The translations under genes were made by a program, and so were the position numbers. The notes under the pieces were generated by a model that was not told where the DNA came from, searched no databases, and saw only the letters and a program-made list of their open reading frames with translations. From Caecitellus pseudoparvulus (taxonomy: Eukaryota; Protista; Bigyra: Bicosoecida): DNA of 64,000 nt. The stretch lies in the NCBI GenBank assembly GCA_965644315.1, contig CBFFRQ010000069.1, forward strand, positions 434,001 to 498,000, read 5' to 3'. Of the stretch, positions 12,437-22,453 are shown piece after piece (positions within the stretch are counted from its first letter, which is position 1; every line of letters begins with the position of its first letter).

Positions 12437-13867
12437 TTACTCAGCGGCCTTGCCCTCAGTTGGCACCTCATACAGGCCACACTGCAGGTTCGCGGGGACT
12501 GCGACGTCGATGAGCTTGGGGCGGGCCAGCTTGAGGTCGGACATGATGGCCACGAACTGCTCCTTGGTGTTGGCCAGCTTCAGACGTGGGTTGTGGGCCT
12601 TCTCCTCCCCCACTGTGCTGCTGGTGCGTCCGTTGTAGTCGTGAGCAGGGTACACGACGCACTCATCTGGCAGGGTGTAGATCTGTGAATGGATGCTGTC
12701 GTACAGCGTCTCCGAGCTGCCGCCCTGAAAGTCCGTGCGGCCGCACCCGCGCACCAGCATGGCATCACCAGTGAACACCGCCTTGCCACCCCCCAGCACG
12801 AAGGAGACACAGCCGGCGGTGTGGCCGGGCGTCGCCCGCACTGTCACCGACAAGCTGCCGAACGACAGCGTGTCCCCGTGGTCCACCAAGACATCAGCGA
12901 CGCCTCCAGCAGCGCGAGAGAGGACGGACTGCACGCCAGGGAGCTTGGCCTTCAAGATGCCGGTTCCAGTGATGTGGTCAGCGTGTGCATGCCTGAGACG
13001 AGGGTGGGGGAAGTTGCGAGTGTGCTCTGGGCAGGCGGGGAAACTGTACACAACTGCGGCACACGCACGTGTTCATGGCATACTTGAGCTTGATGCCCAG
13101 CTCCTGCACGAATTGGATGTCGCGGTCCACGAGCTTGTCAACGGGGTCGATGAGGACGCCCTCCTTCGTGGAGGGGCAAGCCACGAGGTACGTGTACGTG
13201 CAGGATTCGCGGTCGAACAGCTGGCGGAAGATGGGGCTTTCCCCGTGCACTGCCTCCATGGCTGCCACATGGGCCTTGCGAGTGTCTGCGCGCTCTGCGA
13301 CCCACTTGCGCAGCGCTTCCTGAGAAGCGAAGTTGAGGCCGAGGGACTCAGCCCAAGCCAGCACCTCCTCAGAGCCCCAGGCGTTCTTGTCAGCCACGTG
13401 CAAGGCAAGTGCTGCGCTAGCACGAGTGCTGCTGCGGCATTGCACCAGCAAGGGCGTCTCCGCAAAGTGCAGGGCGTGCTCAAGTGCCCGTGCGGTTGTG
13501 GGGTTCAGGCCGTCCGGCATCGTAACAGGTTGGTGCACAAACTTAGTCTGCCCTCCGCTGGCCTCGTGCACCAGAGCACGGTAACTCTCCCCCTCTTCTT
13601 CCCCCAAAACATTGATCCAGGTCTTGAATTTCCCGGTTTCGTGCACCTGCGGGGAGGCGGTGGGCGGGGGAGAGCGTTGTCAGGTGGGTCAGCTGATGGA
13701 GCCAGGCATCTGTGAGGTTCAGCTGATGCCTGCTGGGCTGCGCGCCCTAGGCGCGAGGCAGCACGAACCTGCTTGACCTGCTCTGCAGAGAGCTGTCCAG
13801 AGATTGCAAAGTCAGGTGTCACGGTGATGACGCCGTTTGCGTCTGGCTGTGGTGCGGTAGAGGCCAT
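12437..13867 (-). CDS. DUF442 (sulfurtransferase/PTP-like) - persulfide dioxygenase (ETHE1-type) fusion; 2 introns
   Basis: N-terminal AISGQLS...KTWIN...FVHQPV...[12 protein letters not shown]; then [18 protein letters not shown]|HAHADHITG (spliced), [25 protein letters not shown]. Confidence 0.9.
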
Positions 13868-14265
13868 GTTTGGTAGGCTTGCAAGAAGTCCTGCAGAAGG
13901 CGTGGTGCGCGATTGCTGTCGTGCTTGGAGCGTTGGCCCGAAGCGCGTGAGTGTTGTCGGTGCGATTGGAGAGCTTTCGTGTGGGATGTTGTTTGGAAAG
14001 AACGGTTTTGGCTACGTCGAGCGCATTGTGCGAGGGGGGGGGGGGCAGGGGGTGTTAGGAACCTGGCTTCGCCGCAAGCACTGCTTTGTCCAAGTTACTT
14101 TCACTCTGCTCAGATGCTGCGCTCTCTGGCCTGCCAGGCGCCGAGCCCCCGATCTGCCACCGGAGTGATGAAGTCAGGGACCCACGGCAGGCTCCAGTGC
14201 TTTTCTGTGCATGCCTGCAGGGTTGGTGCACGCACCTGCGGATTTTGGTTGGCCTGCTCACTCGC

Positions 14266-15990
14266 ATGGCTGCCCAAGAAGCCGCTGCCGAAGGCAGGGT
14301 GGAGCAAGGCAGCGCGTTGATTCTGGGCCTGGACTGTAGCACGCAAAGTACGAAGCTAGTTGCGTGCGATGCGGCCTCTGGAGACGTCGTGTGGAGCCGA
14401 CAGGTGCCGTACACTGATCTCCTGCGGGATGGTCAGGAGGTGGTGCACGTTCAGCCAGAGAGTGGGGCTGCCCGGCAGCGTGTGGCACTGTGGCTGCAAG
14501 CTGTGCATGCTGTGTTCATGGCAGCTCGGCACGCAGGCGTCTGTCAACGCGCAGTGGCTGTCAGTGTCTCGGCCCAGCAGCATGCCGCGGTGTACTTGGC
14601 CGACAGCGTGGAGGTGGCACTGCACGGCTCACAGGGCCAAGGTGCCACCTGCATCGAGCCGCTGGTGCAGGCCCAAGTGCACGATGTCGTCCCAATTTGG
14701 ATGGACAGCAGCACTTCGGAGCAGTGCGCCTCCTTGTGCAAGGCCTGGGGGGGTGCCGCCCAGCTCGCCCAAGCCACCGGCAGCGGTGCGTTTGAGCGCT
14801 TTACAGGCGTTCAAATGGCGGCTGTGGCCGCTGAAGGCCCAGCTGCCTTTGCAAAGGTGCAGCACGTTCGCCTCTTGTCTGCCTTCCTCACCAGCATCCT
14901 GGTGGGACAGGTGGCCCCGCATGAAGCCTCGGATGCCTCAGGCATGAGTCTGCTTGCGCTGCCTGTTGGACGCTCAGACGGCGGCAAGGGGCGCTGGGAC
15001 TGGCACCCGACTAGTATGCATTGGCTTAAGCAGCAGGTGGGTCGAGACGCAGCCGCCTTGCTCGGGCAGTGCGTGGATCCCACCACTGTCCTGGGCACCG
15101 CGGATGGCGTGGCAGCTTCCTCCTGGGGCCTGCCGCCCACCTGCACAGTCGTTGTGGGCAGCGGGGATAACTGCTGCGCACTGGCAGGGTGCTTGCGCAG
15201 CGCCCCCGCTGCCACTGCCCTCGTGAGCCTGGGCACCAGTGACACAGTGCTGGGCAGCGTGCCCTGGGGGGCCGTGTCCCCCGACGCCAGCGTCGGCCAC
15301 TTCCTCGCTCACCCTCTCTGCAGCGATTCGCATGCCATGGGCATGCTGTGCATAAAAAATGGTGGCCTGGTGCGGGCAGAGCAAGCCCAGGCCTTGGGGC
15401 AGGACGGGCAGCCAGCGTGGGACGAGCTGTCAAGCATCTGCTCAGCGCTTGCCGAAGACTGCACTGCAACCGGTGGCCCGTGGGACGTCGGGCTGTGCCT
15501 CCCACTACCAGAGATCGCACCACACACTGCCCAGCCCAGTGAGCGGTGGTGGAAGGCTTCTGTGGATGCCAGCGGGCGCGTGAGCCTCCACGCCAGCACG
15601 CGGCCCGCGCTGCCTTCTGCCGCCGCGGCAGGGACTGTGCTGGGGCAGTGCCTCAACTTGGTGCTGCACAGCCAACGTATGGCCCTGTGCACTGCTGGTG
15701 GGCAGGTGCGTGTCACTGGCGGTGCAGCCAGCAACGCAGGCCTCATGGCCCTGCTGGCCACGGTGAGCCAATGTGAGGTGTGGACAGTGCCTGGGGGCGG
15801 CCACTTGGGGGCAGCCTACGGCGCTGCCGCGCGAGCCGCGTCAGCTACGGGTGCGGAGTGGCCAGACACTGAGGGGTGGACGCTGAGTAGCGCACCCTTC
15901 CCAGGCTCCGGAGCGACCATGCGCTCTCTGCTGACTGCCCTGGACAGCGAGCTGTACCCGTGCCAGCTCACCGCCGCCCACCTGCCTTGA
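14266..15990 (+). CDS. XYLB: Xylulose kinase (FGGY carbohydrate kinase)
   Basis: LGLDCSTQSTK, SAQQHA, PIWMDSST, TGSGAFERFTGVQ, GSGDN, SLGTSDT, MLCIKNGGL, VTGGAASN. Confidence 0.9.
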   Translation: MAAQEAAAEGRVEQGSALILGLDCSTQSTKLVACDAASGDVVWSRQVPYTDLLRDGQEVVHVQPESGAARQRVALWLQAVHAVFMAARHAGVCQRAVAVSVSAQQHAAVYLADSVEVALHGSQGQGATCIEPLVQAQVHDVVPIWMDSSTSEQCASLCKAWGGAAQLAQATGSGAFERFTGVQMAAVAAEGPAAFAKVQHVRLLSAFLTSILVGQVAPHEASDASGMSLLALPVGRSDGGKGRWDWHPTSMHWLKQQVGRDAAALLGQCVDPTTVLGTADGVAASSWGLPPTCTVVVGSGDNCCALAGCLRSAPAATALVSLGTSDTVLGSVPWGAVSPDASVGHFLAHPLCSDSHAMGMLCIKNGGLVRAEQAQALGQDGQPAWDELSSICSALAEDCTATGGPWDVGLCLPLPEIAPHTAQPSERWWKASVDASGRVSLHASTRPALPSAAAAGTVLGQCLNLVLHSQRMALCTAGGQVRVTGGAASNAGLMALLATVSQCEVWTVPGGGHLGAAYGAAARAASATGAEWPDTEGWTLSSAPFPGSGATMRSLLTALDSELYPCQLTAAHLP

Positions 15991-16241
15991 CTTTCGCGAG
16001 GCTCTTGGAGGCACAGCTGCGCAAGACGTTGAACTCCTTGTCACAAATGCCTTTGGTGAGGCCCTGGACGTTCTCCTTCAAACAAGCGCCGTATGCGCCA
16101 ATCTGCGAAGAGGCGAGCTCGCGGAAATTGCACCAGGCTGGCTGCACAGTGCCTCCGCCGCCCAGCTCGTACCTGCGCGGGGCAGTCCACAAGGACCTGC
16201 CCCCACCACTTGGAAAAGCGAAGGGGTGCACGTGAGCTCAT
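15968..16241 (-). CDS. NDUFAF8: NDUFAF8-like twin CX9C complex I assembly factor (intron 16103-16172)
   Basis: Spliced product VDCPAQ|IGAYGACL...LTKGICDKEFNVLRSC has two CX9C motifs and the family AYG.C / C..EF..L..C pattern. Confidence 0.8.
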
Positions 16242-16334
16242 GGTGCTGGTCAGTGAACTGCCGAATGCTTCACGCAGAAGGGAGCGGGCCGGGTGACGTA
16301 TGGATTGTGGCGAGCAAGCGTGGAATGCATTGCC

Positions 16335-18146
16335 TCACGCCCTGCTCTGCTTCCCTTGCCGGGCACCTTCCCCTGCGCCCTCCCGGGGCCGTTTCGCACC
16401 ACCTTCTGCCTGCAGCGGCAGAGCGACCACGTCAGTGGCCGCCACCGGCAGCACTGGCATGCAGGGCCCGGACAGGGCAGCTGCCATGCCTGCCTGCGTC
16501 ACAACAGCAAGGCCAGGCGCCGCGCCTCCCACACGGGCAGCCTGCTGCAGGGCCAGGTCCGCCAGCACCAGTGCCGTCATGGCCTCTGTGAGGGGCGGCG
16601 TGCGGGGCAGAACACACGGGTCGTGCCTGCCCTTGGCCTCCAGCACCTCCCCTGCGCCGGCAAACGTGGCCGTGGGTTGTGGCCGGCCGATGGTGCTGAC
16701 TGGCTTGACGGCGACGCGGAACACCAGGGGCGCGCCGTTGGTGATGCCGCCCAGGGTGCCTCCCGCGTTGTTGGTCGTGGGGCGCAGCAGGGCAGAGGCG
16801 GGGGCGGTGTGGGGCACCTCGTGCCCGGCATCCACCTGCGGGCCGCCCTCTGCCTCTGCCACCGTGGCCGTGGCAGCCGTGGGCGCCGCCCCGTCGCCTG
16901 GCACACTCGCAGCCCCTGCAGCCAAAGCGAAGGGGTCGTTGTGCTGGCTGCCGTTCAGCAGCGTGCCCTGGAAGCCGGAGCCAATCTCGAAGCCCTTGGT
17001 TGCGGGCAGGGACAGCATGGCGTGTGCGAGCATGGCCTCGGCCTTGTCGAAGACGGGCTCCCCCAGGCCGATGGGGACGCCGGTGGCCACTGTTACGACC
17101 GTGCCGCCAATGCTGTCGTGGGCGGCCTTGGTGACGCGGATGAGGCTGGCCATGGCGGCGGCAGTGGGGGGGTGCGGACACCGCACCGGCACCACCTCGT
17201 CTGTGCGGTTGCCAGCATGCACCAGGGTGACGGGATCGGCCTGGCCGGGGTATGTGAAGGAATCTGAGGCACACCCCAGCACAGCGCCCCGCGCTCCCAG
17301 CACGGTGCCATCCCACGCCTCGTAGCAGGGCAGGGCGTCGTAGGCGCCTGTCGCCATGCCAGCGACGAACGCCGCCTCATCTGTTGCATCTGCAGCTGCC
17401 TGAGCTGCGGCCGCCTGAGCTGCAGCGTCCTGGGCGCCGCCCTGTCCTTGCGGGGCCGCTGGTGTTGAGGCCGTGGACTGTGCTGCACCGCCGCCACCCT
17501 CCACCCCTGAAGTGTCAGCGACAGAGCTGGACACAGCTCCCGAGGTGTCATGGCGCGCCCAGTGCTGGGGGTGCCGCAGGACGCGCAGGGTGCCCTTGGT
17601 GTCCACGTCCTCCCTGCTCCACGCCCGCCCCGAGTCAGCGCGCCAGTGCTGCGGAGGCAGGGCCACACTGCCGACGCTGGACACAAACGAAACAATGGAG
17701 GTGCCAAAGGCCTGGAGCAGGTACTTCTCGGCAATGGCGCCTGCAGCAACTCGCCCAATGGTCTCCCGGGCGCTGGAACGGCCGCCGCCGCTGGCCGCTC
17801 GCACGCCATACTTCACTTGGTACGAGTAGTCAGCGTGTCCGGGGCGGGGAATGCGGGACATTTCCTTGTAGTCACCTGGTCGCACGTTGCGGTTGGGGAC
17901 AAAGAGGCCGATGGGAGTGCCGAGCGTCACGCCGTTCTCCGTGCCCGACATGATGGTGACGAGGTCGGACTCAGCACGCGGAGTGGTCAAGCGGCTCTGC
18001 CCCGGCCGACGCCGTGTCAGCTGTGGTTGGATGTCCTGCTCAGTCAGGGACAGCAGAGGGGGGACTCCATCTACAATGGCGCCGACTCCTCGACAATGGG
18101 ACTCCCCAAACGTTGTCACCCGGAATGCAGAGCCAAAGGTGCTCAT
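16335..18146 (-). CDS. aroC: Chorismate synthase with large insertions
   Basis: VTTFGESHC, RRRPGQS, PRPGHADY, SGGGRSSARETIGRVAAGAIA, GLGEPVFDK, KGFEIGSGF, KGRHDPCV. Confidence 0.97.
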   Translation of the reverse strand: MSTFGSAFRVTTFGESHCRGVGAIVDGVPPLLSLTEQDIQPQLTRRRPGQSRLTTPRAESDLVTIMSGTENGVTLGTPIGLFVPNRNVRPGDYKEMSRIPRPGHADYSYQVKYGVRAASGGGRSSARETIGRVAAGAIAEKYLLQAFGTSIVSFVSSVGSVALPPQHWRADSGRAWSREDVDTKGTLRVLRHPQHWARHDTSGAVSSSVADTSGVEGGGGAAQSTASTPAAPQGQGGAQDAAAQAAAAQAAADATDEAAFVAGMATGAYDALPCYEAWDGTVLGARGAVLGCASDSFTYPGQADPVTLVHAGNRTDEVVPVRCPHPPTAAAMASLIRVTKAAHDSIGGTVVTVATGVPIGLGEPVFDKAEAMLAHAMLSLPATKGFEIGSGFQGTLLNGSQHNDPFALAAGAASVPGDGAAPTAATATVAEAEGGPQVDAGHEVPHTAPASALLRPTTNNAGGTLGGITNGAPLVFRVAVKPVSTIGRPQPTATFAGAGEVLEAKGRHDPCVLPRTPPLTEAMTALVLADLALQQAARVGGAAPGLAVVTQAGMAAALSGPCMPVLPVAATDVVALPLQAEGGAKRPREGAGEGARQGKQSRA

Positions 18147-18401
18147 GCTTGCTCAAGTCGATTTCCGCACGTGAAGAACTCGCTGCGCTGGGAGCAGTTT
18201 CTCCCCTCTCGCAAACATGCCAGGCGCGAAATACCCTGGTACAGCACTACCTACGGGTGATAAAGGTACGGTCGCGTTGTGTTTTGTGTCAGGGGGGGGG
18301 TTGCGAGGCCGGGCTGCAGCAGCTCGTTCGGGCTCAATTGCCGCAGCGCAGCTGTCGCGTCTGCTCCACAGCCTGTTTGGAGGGAAACTGGGGCCTGAAC
18401 A

Positions 18402-19532
18402 TTGTCAAAACGAAAACCCATACTTGTGCCGCACCCCCATTTGTATGTGCTGCTCGGAAGATTCCGGCCACACCAAAGCATGGATCAAGCCTCGCCAGCT
18501 CCAGCCACTGGCAAGGCTGCCGCTCTGCTGGGCAACTTGGCTCCGCTTCACCGGGCGTTCCAGCGCTCCACAAAAACAGCAGAGCGGGCCACATCTCCAG
18601 CCTTCGGAAACAGCCCTGTGGACTACACTTTCGTGAAGGCGTTGTTTGAGCCTTGGCAGTTGGGAGAAAAGCCAATGATCAAGGCGCTGTCTGCAAAGGC
18701 TGAGGCTCAGGCCGCGAGGCGCCTGCCAGGAAGAGGCAAGAAGCCGAAAGCAACGCAATCTCACAAGGCCACACCTTCTAGGGAAGCAGCTAGCCATCGG
18801 AAGTCTCCCGCAGCACCTCACCGTTCCACCAGTGTGCCGGAAGTGAGCATCCAGTCCAGCGGCGTGAGCATCCAGTCCAGCGGCGTGAGCATCCAGTCCA
18901 GCGGTGTCTCGTCCCAGCTGGGCGGCGGAAAGCGTGGCCGAGAGGCGGGCGGTGGAGTGAGCAGCGTCGTGGCTGCTCTTGCAGCTGGCAACGCCAAGGC
19001 TGCGAAACGCATGGTGCACACAGCCGGCATGCGGCGGGCCCAGGCGGCTGGAGCGGCAGCTGCACAGGCGGTGGCCAAGGAGAGGCTGGGCTGGGATGGA
19101 GATGGTTCCTTTCACGGCCCTGGCGGCGTGGTGCTGCCTCGTTCTGACGAAGTGTGTCGCTTTGCCGTCGCTGGCAGGTGCACCGCTCCGCCTGGCAAGT
19201 GCCCCTACAGCCACGATCTTGGACAGTTTCCGTGTCGCTATGCACACGGCAAGACACTGGCGGCCCTTCAAGAGGCGCTGCAGGCGTCTGCGGGCTTGTC
19301 GGTGGGTGGTTTCGCATGGGCCTCACCCACGGCGAGCGTGGATGTGTCGGCGTGTCCCGTTGGCGACAGGTGTCGTTTCAGCCACGCTCCTGCTGCTGAT
19401 GGCAAGCAGAGGTGCCGACTGGTGCGGGAGGCACTGCGGCTATGGCGCAAGGGGCAAGATGTGGCGAGTGTGGCCCAGGCAGCGCAGGCTGGGTCAGGTG
19501 GGGAGCTCGAGACCGCGGTGGAGGACCTGTGA
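18402..19532 (+). CDS. CCCH zinc-finger protein (true start uncertain)
   Basis: CRFAVAGRC...KCPYSH followed by PCRYAH...CPVGDRCRFSH; basic low-complexity N-terminus. Confidence 0.65.
   Translation: MSKRKPILVPHPHLYVLLGRFRPHQSMDQASPAPATGKAAALLGNLAPLHRAFQRSTKTAERATSPAFGNSPVDYTFVKALFEPWQLGEKPMIKALSAKAEAQAARRLPGRGKKPKATQSHKATPSREAASHRKSPAAPHRSTSVPEVSIQSSGVSIQSSGVSIQSSGVSSQLGGGKRGREAGGGVSSVVAALAAGNAKAAKRMVHTAGMRRAQAAGAAAAQAVAKERLGWDGDGSFHGPGGVVLPRSDEVCRFAVAGRCTAPPGKCPYSHDLGQFPCRYAHGKTLAALQEALQASAGLSVGGFAWASPTASVDVSACPVGDRCRFSHAPAADGKQRCRLVREALRLWRKGQDVASVAQAAQAGSGGELETAVEDL
18843..18907 (+). repeat. 21-bp coding minisatellite x3 (VSIQSSG)
   Basis: GTGAGCATCCAGTCCAGCGGC is repeated in tandem three times. 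Confidence 0.9.
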
Positions 19533-19759
19533 CGGGTGGAGGGGGGCTTGACAAGTAGAGCCGAGGTTTATGTGAAAGTGCCCAAGGCCAAAGCACACCA
19601 CCCACCTACTTCCCCTGCAGAGCCACCAGGTTGGCATCCAGGTGGCACTCGGAGCGGTAGTGGTCCTGCTCAATCCGAGCATCAAGAGCCAGTCTGGTGG
19701 TTCACCTGCCCCTCGGACGTGGGCACTTGCTGCAAGCCAAGCAGGTGCAGGGACGCGCA

Positions 19760-20893
19760 ATGAAAGTTGCATTGAGACACACGTGCAATGCCGCGTCTGC
19801 AGCGTGTCGGCCTCCCTCTTTGAAACAGGCAGCGTGGCGGAGTTGGCGTGTTGGGGCTATTTCCGCAGCGGCAGCAGCGGCAGGGGCGGCCGCGTTTGCG
19901 GTGGCAGGTGTGCAGGCTGAGGGCGGGAAGGGGGAGTTTTCCAGACTGGATGCGGTGGAAGTCTTCTTCCGCGAGTCACACCCTCCCCAGGACATGCAGC
20001 AGAAGCAAGATGCCATGCAAACGTTCATGGCCAAACACGCAGCTGTGCCGGGCCGAAGGGTCGCCGTCGTGACCAGCGGCGGGACAACCGTGCCGTTGGA
20101 GCGGAACACCGTGCGATTCATCGACAACTTCTCCACTGGCACCCGGGGCAGCCTCGTGGCGGAGCAGCTGCTGGCGGCTGGGTACGCCGTCCTGTACCTG
20201 CACCGCCAGGGCGCAGTGCGGCCGTTCATGCACAAGCTGAACAAGGCCCTGGGGGACGTCTCGCGCATCGCCCTCACCCAGGAGGGCGACTCTGCTACGA
20301 TCCAGGACCTGAGTGACTCCGAGCTGCGCGCGCTGTCCGCGCGGCAGGCTGCCCTCACCTCGGGCCGCTACGCTGAGGTGACTTTCACCAGCGTCACAGA
20401 CTACCTGCACCTGCTGCGAGGGGCAGCATCAGCCAGCAGTGCTGCAGGCAAGCACAGCATGCTCGTCATGGCGGCGGCGGTGAGCGACTTCTACCTGCCA
20501 GAGGGCAAGATCAGCGAGCACAAGATCCAGTCCAAGGGTGGGGGAGTGGGGCTGACGCTGGAGCTGTACCCCGTCCCCAAGTGCCTGGGGTACGCCACGC
20601 ACGTGTGGAACCCCGCTGGCTTCAATGTCAGCTTCAAGTTGGAGACGGATGCAGAGCTGCTGGCACAGAAGGCGACGGGGGCAGCGGCAGCGTACGGAGT
20701 GGACGCCGTCGTGGCCAACATGCTACAGACGCGGTACGAGGAGCTGCACCTGTACACGCCTGCACGGCATCCCCCCCGTGACGGCCACCCGGAGGACTTC
20801 CACTGCGATGCCATTCACCGGGGGCAAGCCGGCACGGTGGAGGCGCCCCTCGTGCGAGCCTTGGTGGATTTGCACGCAGCGCACATCGGGTAG
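19760..20893 (+). CDS. PPCS: Phosphopantothenate-cysteine ligase (eukaryotic type) with possible N-terminal transit peptide
   Basis: VTSGGTTVPLERNTVRFIDNFSTGTRG, AAAVSDFY, HKIQS, VSFKLETD, VVANML. Confidence 0.95.
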   Translation: MKVALRHTCNAASAACRPPSLKQAAWRSWRVGAISAAAAAAGAAAFAVAGVQAEGGKGEFSRLDAVEVFFRESHPPQDMQQKQDAMQTFMAKHAAVPGRRVAVVTSGGTTVPLERNTVRFIDNFSTGTRGSLVAEQLLAAGYAVLYLHRQGAVRPFMHKLNKALGDVSRIALTQEGDSATIQDLSDSELRALSARQAALTSGRYAEVTFTSVTDYLHLLRGAASASSAAGKHSMLVMAAAVSDFYLPEGKISEHKIQSKGGGVGLTLELYPVPKCLGYATHVWNPAGFNVSFKLETDAELLAQKATGAAAAYGVDAVVANMLQTRYEELHLYTPARHPPRDGHPEDFHCDAIHRGQAGTVEAPLVRALVDLHAAHIG

Positions 20894-20910
20894 CACGGCG
20901 CCGCCGCCAC

Positions 20911-20922
20911 AATGCATGCATT
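20911..20922. terminator. AATGCATGCATT palindrome between convergent stops; candidate bidirectional 3'-end signal
   Basis: Head-to-head AATGCA and TGCATT in the 28-bp gap between the PPCS and Rap1-like stops. Confidence 0.55.
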
Positions 20923-22453
20923 CACTGCCCATGCGCCCGCAAGAAGCCGTCCAGGAGCGTGAAGGCCTCTGTAGCATTGCCCTTGCTGACGTACAGCGCG
21001 AACTGTGCCATGTCCTCCTCTGCACCGGTCTGGGCTGTCAGACGCTGCACGTCGGCTCGTTGCTGTTGGGCGAAGGTGGAGGTCCCCGACACGGTGGGCA
21101 GCACGCCCCGGCTGCGCTTGGGAGGTGTCGCGTCCCCTGCGGCGTCTTTGGCTGGGGAGCCCCCTGCCTGCGTCTCCAGTTCAGCTGCTTTGGCCGCCAG
21201 CTGGGCGCCCCGCCGGCTGCGCTTCATGCCGCGAGGGGAGGTGGTGCTGGCCACGGCAGCAGCCGCCTGGCGCAGTGGACGCGAGGAGTGTCGTGCTCGA
21301 GGCGCCGCATGCTTGGCAGCCCGCGCCACGGCAGCAGGACCGATGGCAGCTACGCCCGTGTTCAGGCCTTTGGCCCACTGAGGCAGGCCCTGCAGCCACT
21401 GGTGGTATGCGGTGACGACAGTGAGCATGTCCACCCCGCGCTGCACCTTGGCGAGGAAGGCACTGACGCCCTGTGCCAACATGGGCGGCGGCGCCATGGC
21501 CCATTCCTTCTCCACCAGCTCCTCAGCACTGGAGGCGAATTCGTCTCGCCACTTGCTCCACAGGCTGCTTGCCGAGTGCGTGCGGATGACGCCCAGCGCG
21601 AAGCACAGCTCCCAGCACTTGTTCCCTCCTGGCGACAACACAACCGGGTTAGAACGAGCACAGAGCGATGCCCACTTCACCATCAGCGTGCGCTCTGCAG
21701 ATGTGTACATGGCCCTGCCCAGCGCTGGCACGCTGCCTTTTGCCGCCAACTTGGCCGCATGAAGGCAGGCCTCTGCGTTGCGGAGGGCTGCTTGGGGCGA
21801 TGCAGGGGCCTTGCTGCCGGCCTTCTCAGCGGCACCAGGGGGGGGCTGCCCTGGCACAAGTCTTTGGGGGGCAGCAGGCGCCGCGGCCTTGCGGGACGGC
21901 TTGGCAGGAGGAGGCACAGAGTCCTCAATATCGTCTTCGTCGCCGGAGCCGCCTTCCTCGTCGTCGCTGCTGTGGGACTGCCGCCGACCAGCTTGGTCAC
22001 TGCCTGTGCTGGATTCGGTCTCAGAGCCGCTGTCATCGTCGCTGTCGCTGCCTGTCCCGTCGTCTGAACTGTCAGATTCACCCGTCACAACGGTCCCTGT
22101 CAACACGAACTTCTCCAGCTCCATCTGGATGTCCTTCGACTGCAGCACAGCAGGAATCAGGTCCGTGGACAGCAAGATGCATCTTGCATCTGAAGGCACC
22201 TTCATATCAGCAGCTGGTAGGGAGGGCAGGCAGGGGCGGGTTTGCAAGGCTGATCCTCGCGGAAATTGGAGCACTCACGCCACAGAGCCGTCTCAGTCGG
22301 CTCCAGATCATTTGGGTTGGTGATGAACTGCACTTCCCCGCCGTTGGAGCGAATCTTCTTCACAGTCTCCTTCATCAGCTTGTTGCGCTCGCAGCAAGCC
22401 TTGAAATTGATGCCTTGCAGCAGGTCCTGCTTCTGCTTCCGTGTCCTGGCCAT
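20922..22453 (-). CDS. Putative telomeric protein Rap1/TERF2IP (BRCT-like, Myb-like, RCT-like; intron 22214-22278)
   Basis: VKKIRSNGGEV (BRCT-like); RAMYTSAERTLMVKW...GGNKCWE...HSASSLWSKW (Rap1-type Myb); VQRLTAQTG...AQFALYVSKGNATEAFTLL (RCT-like); GTGAGT...CAG intron is in frame. Confidence 0.65.
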
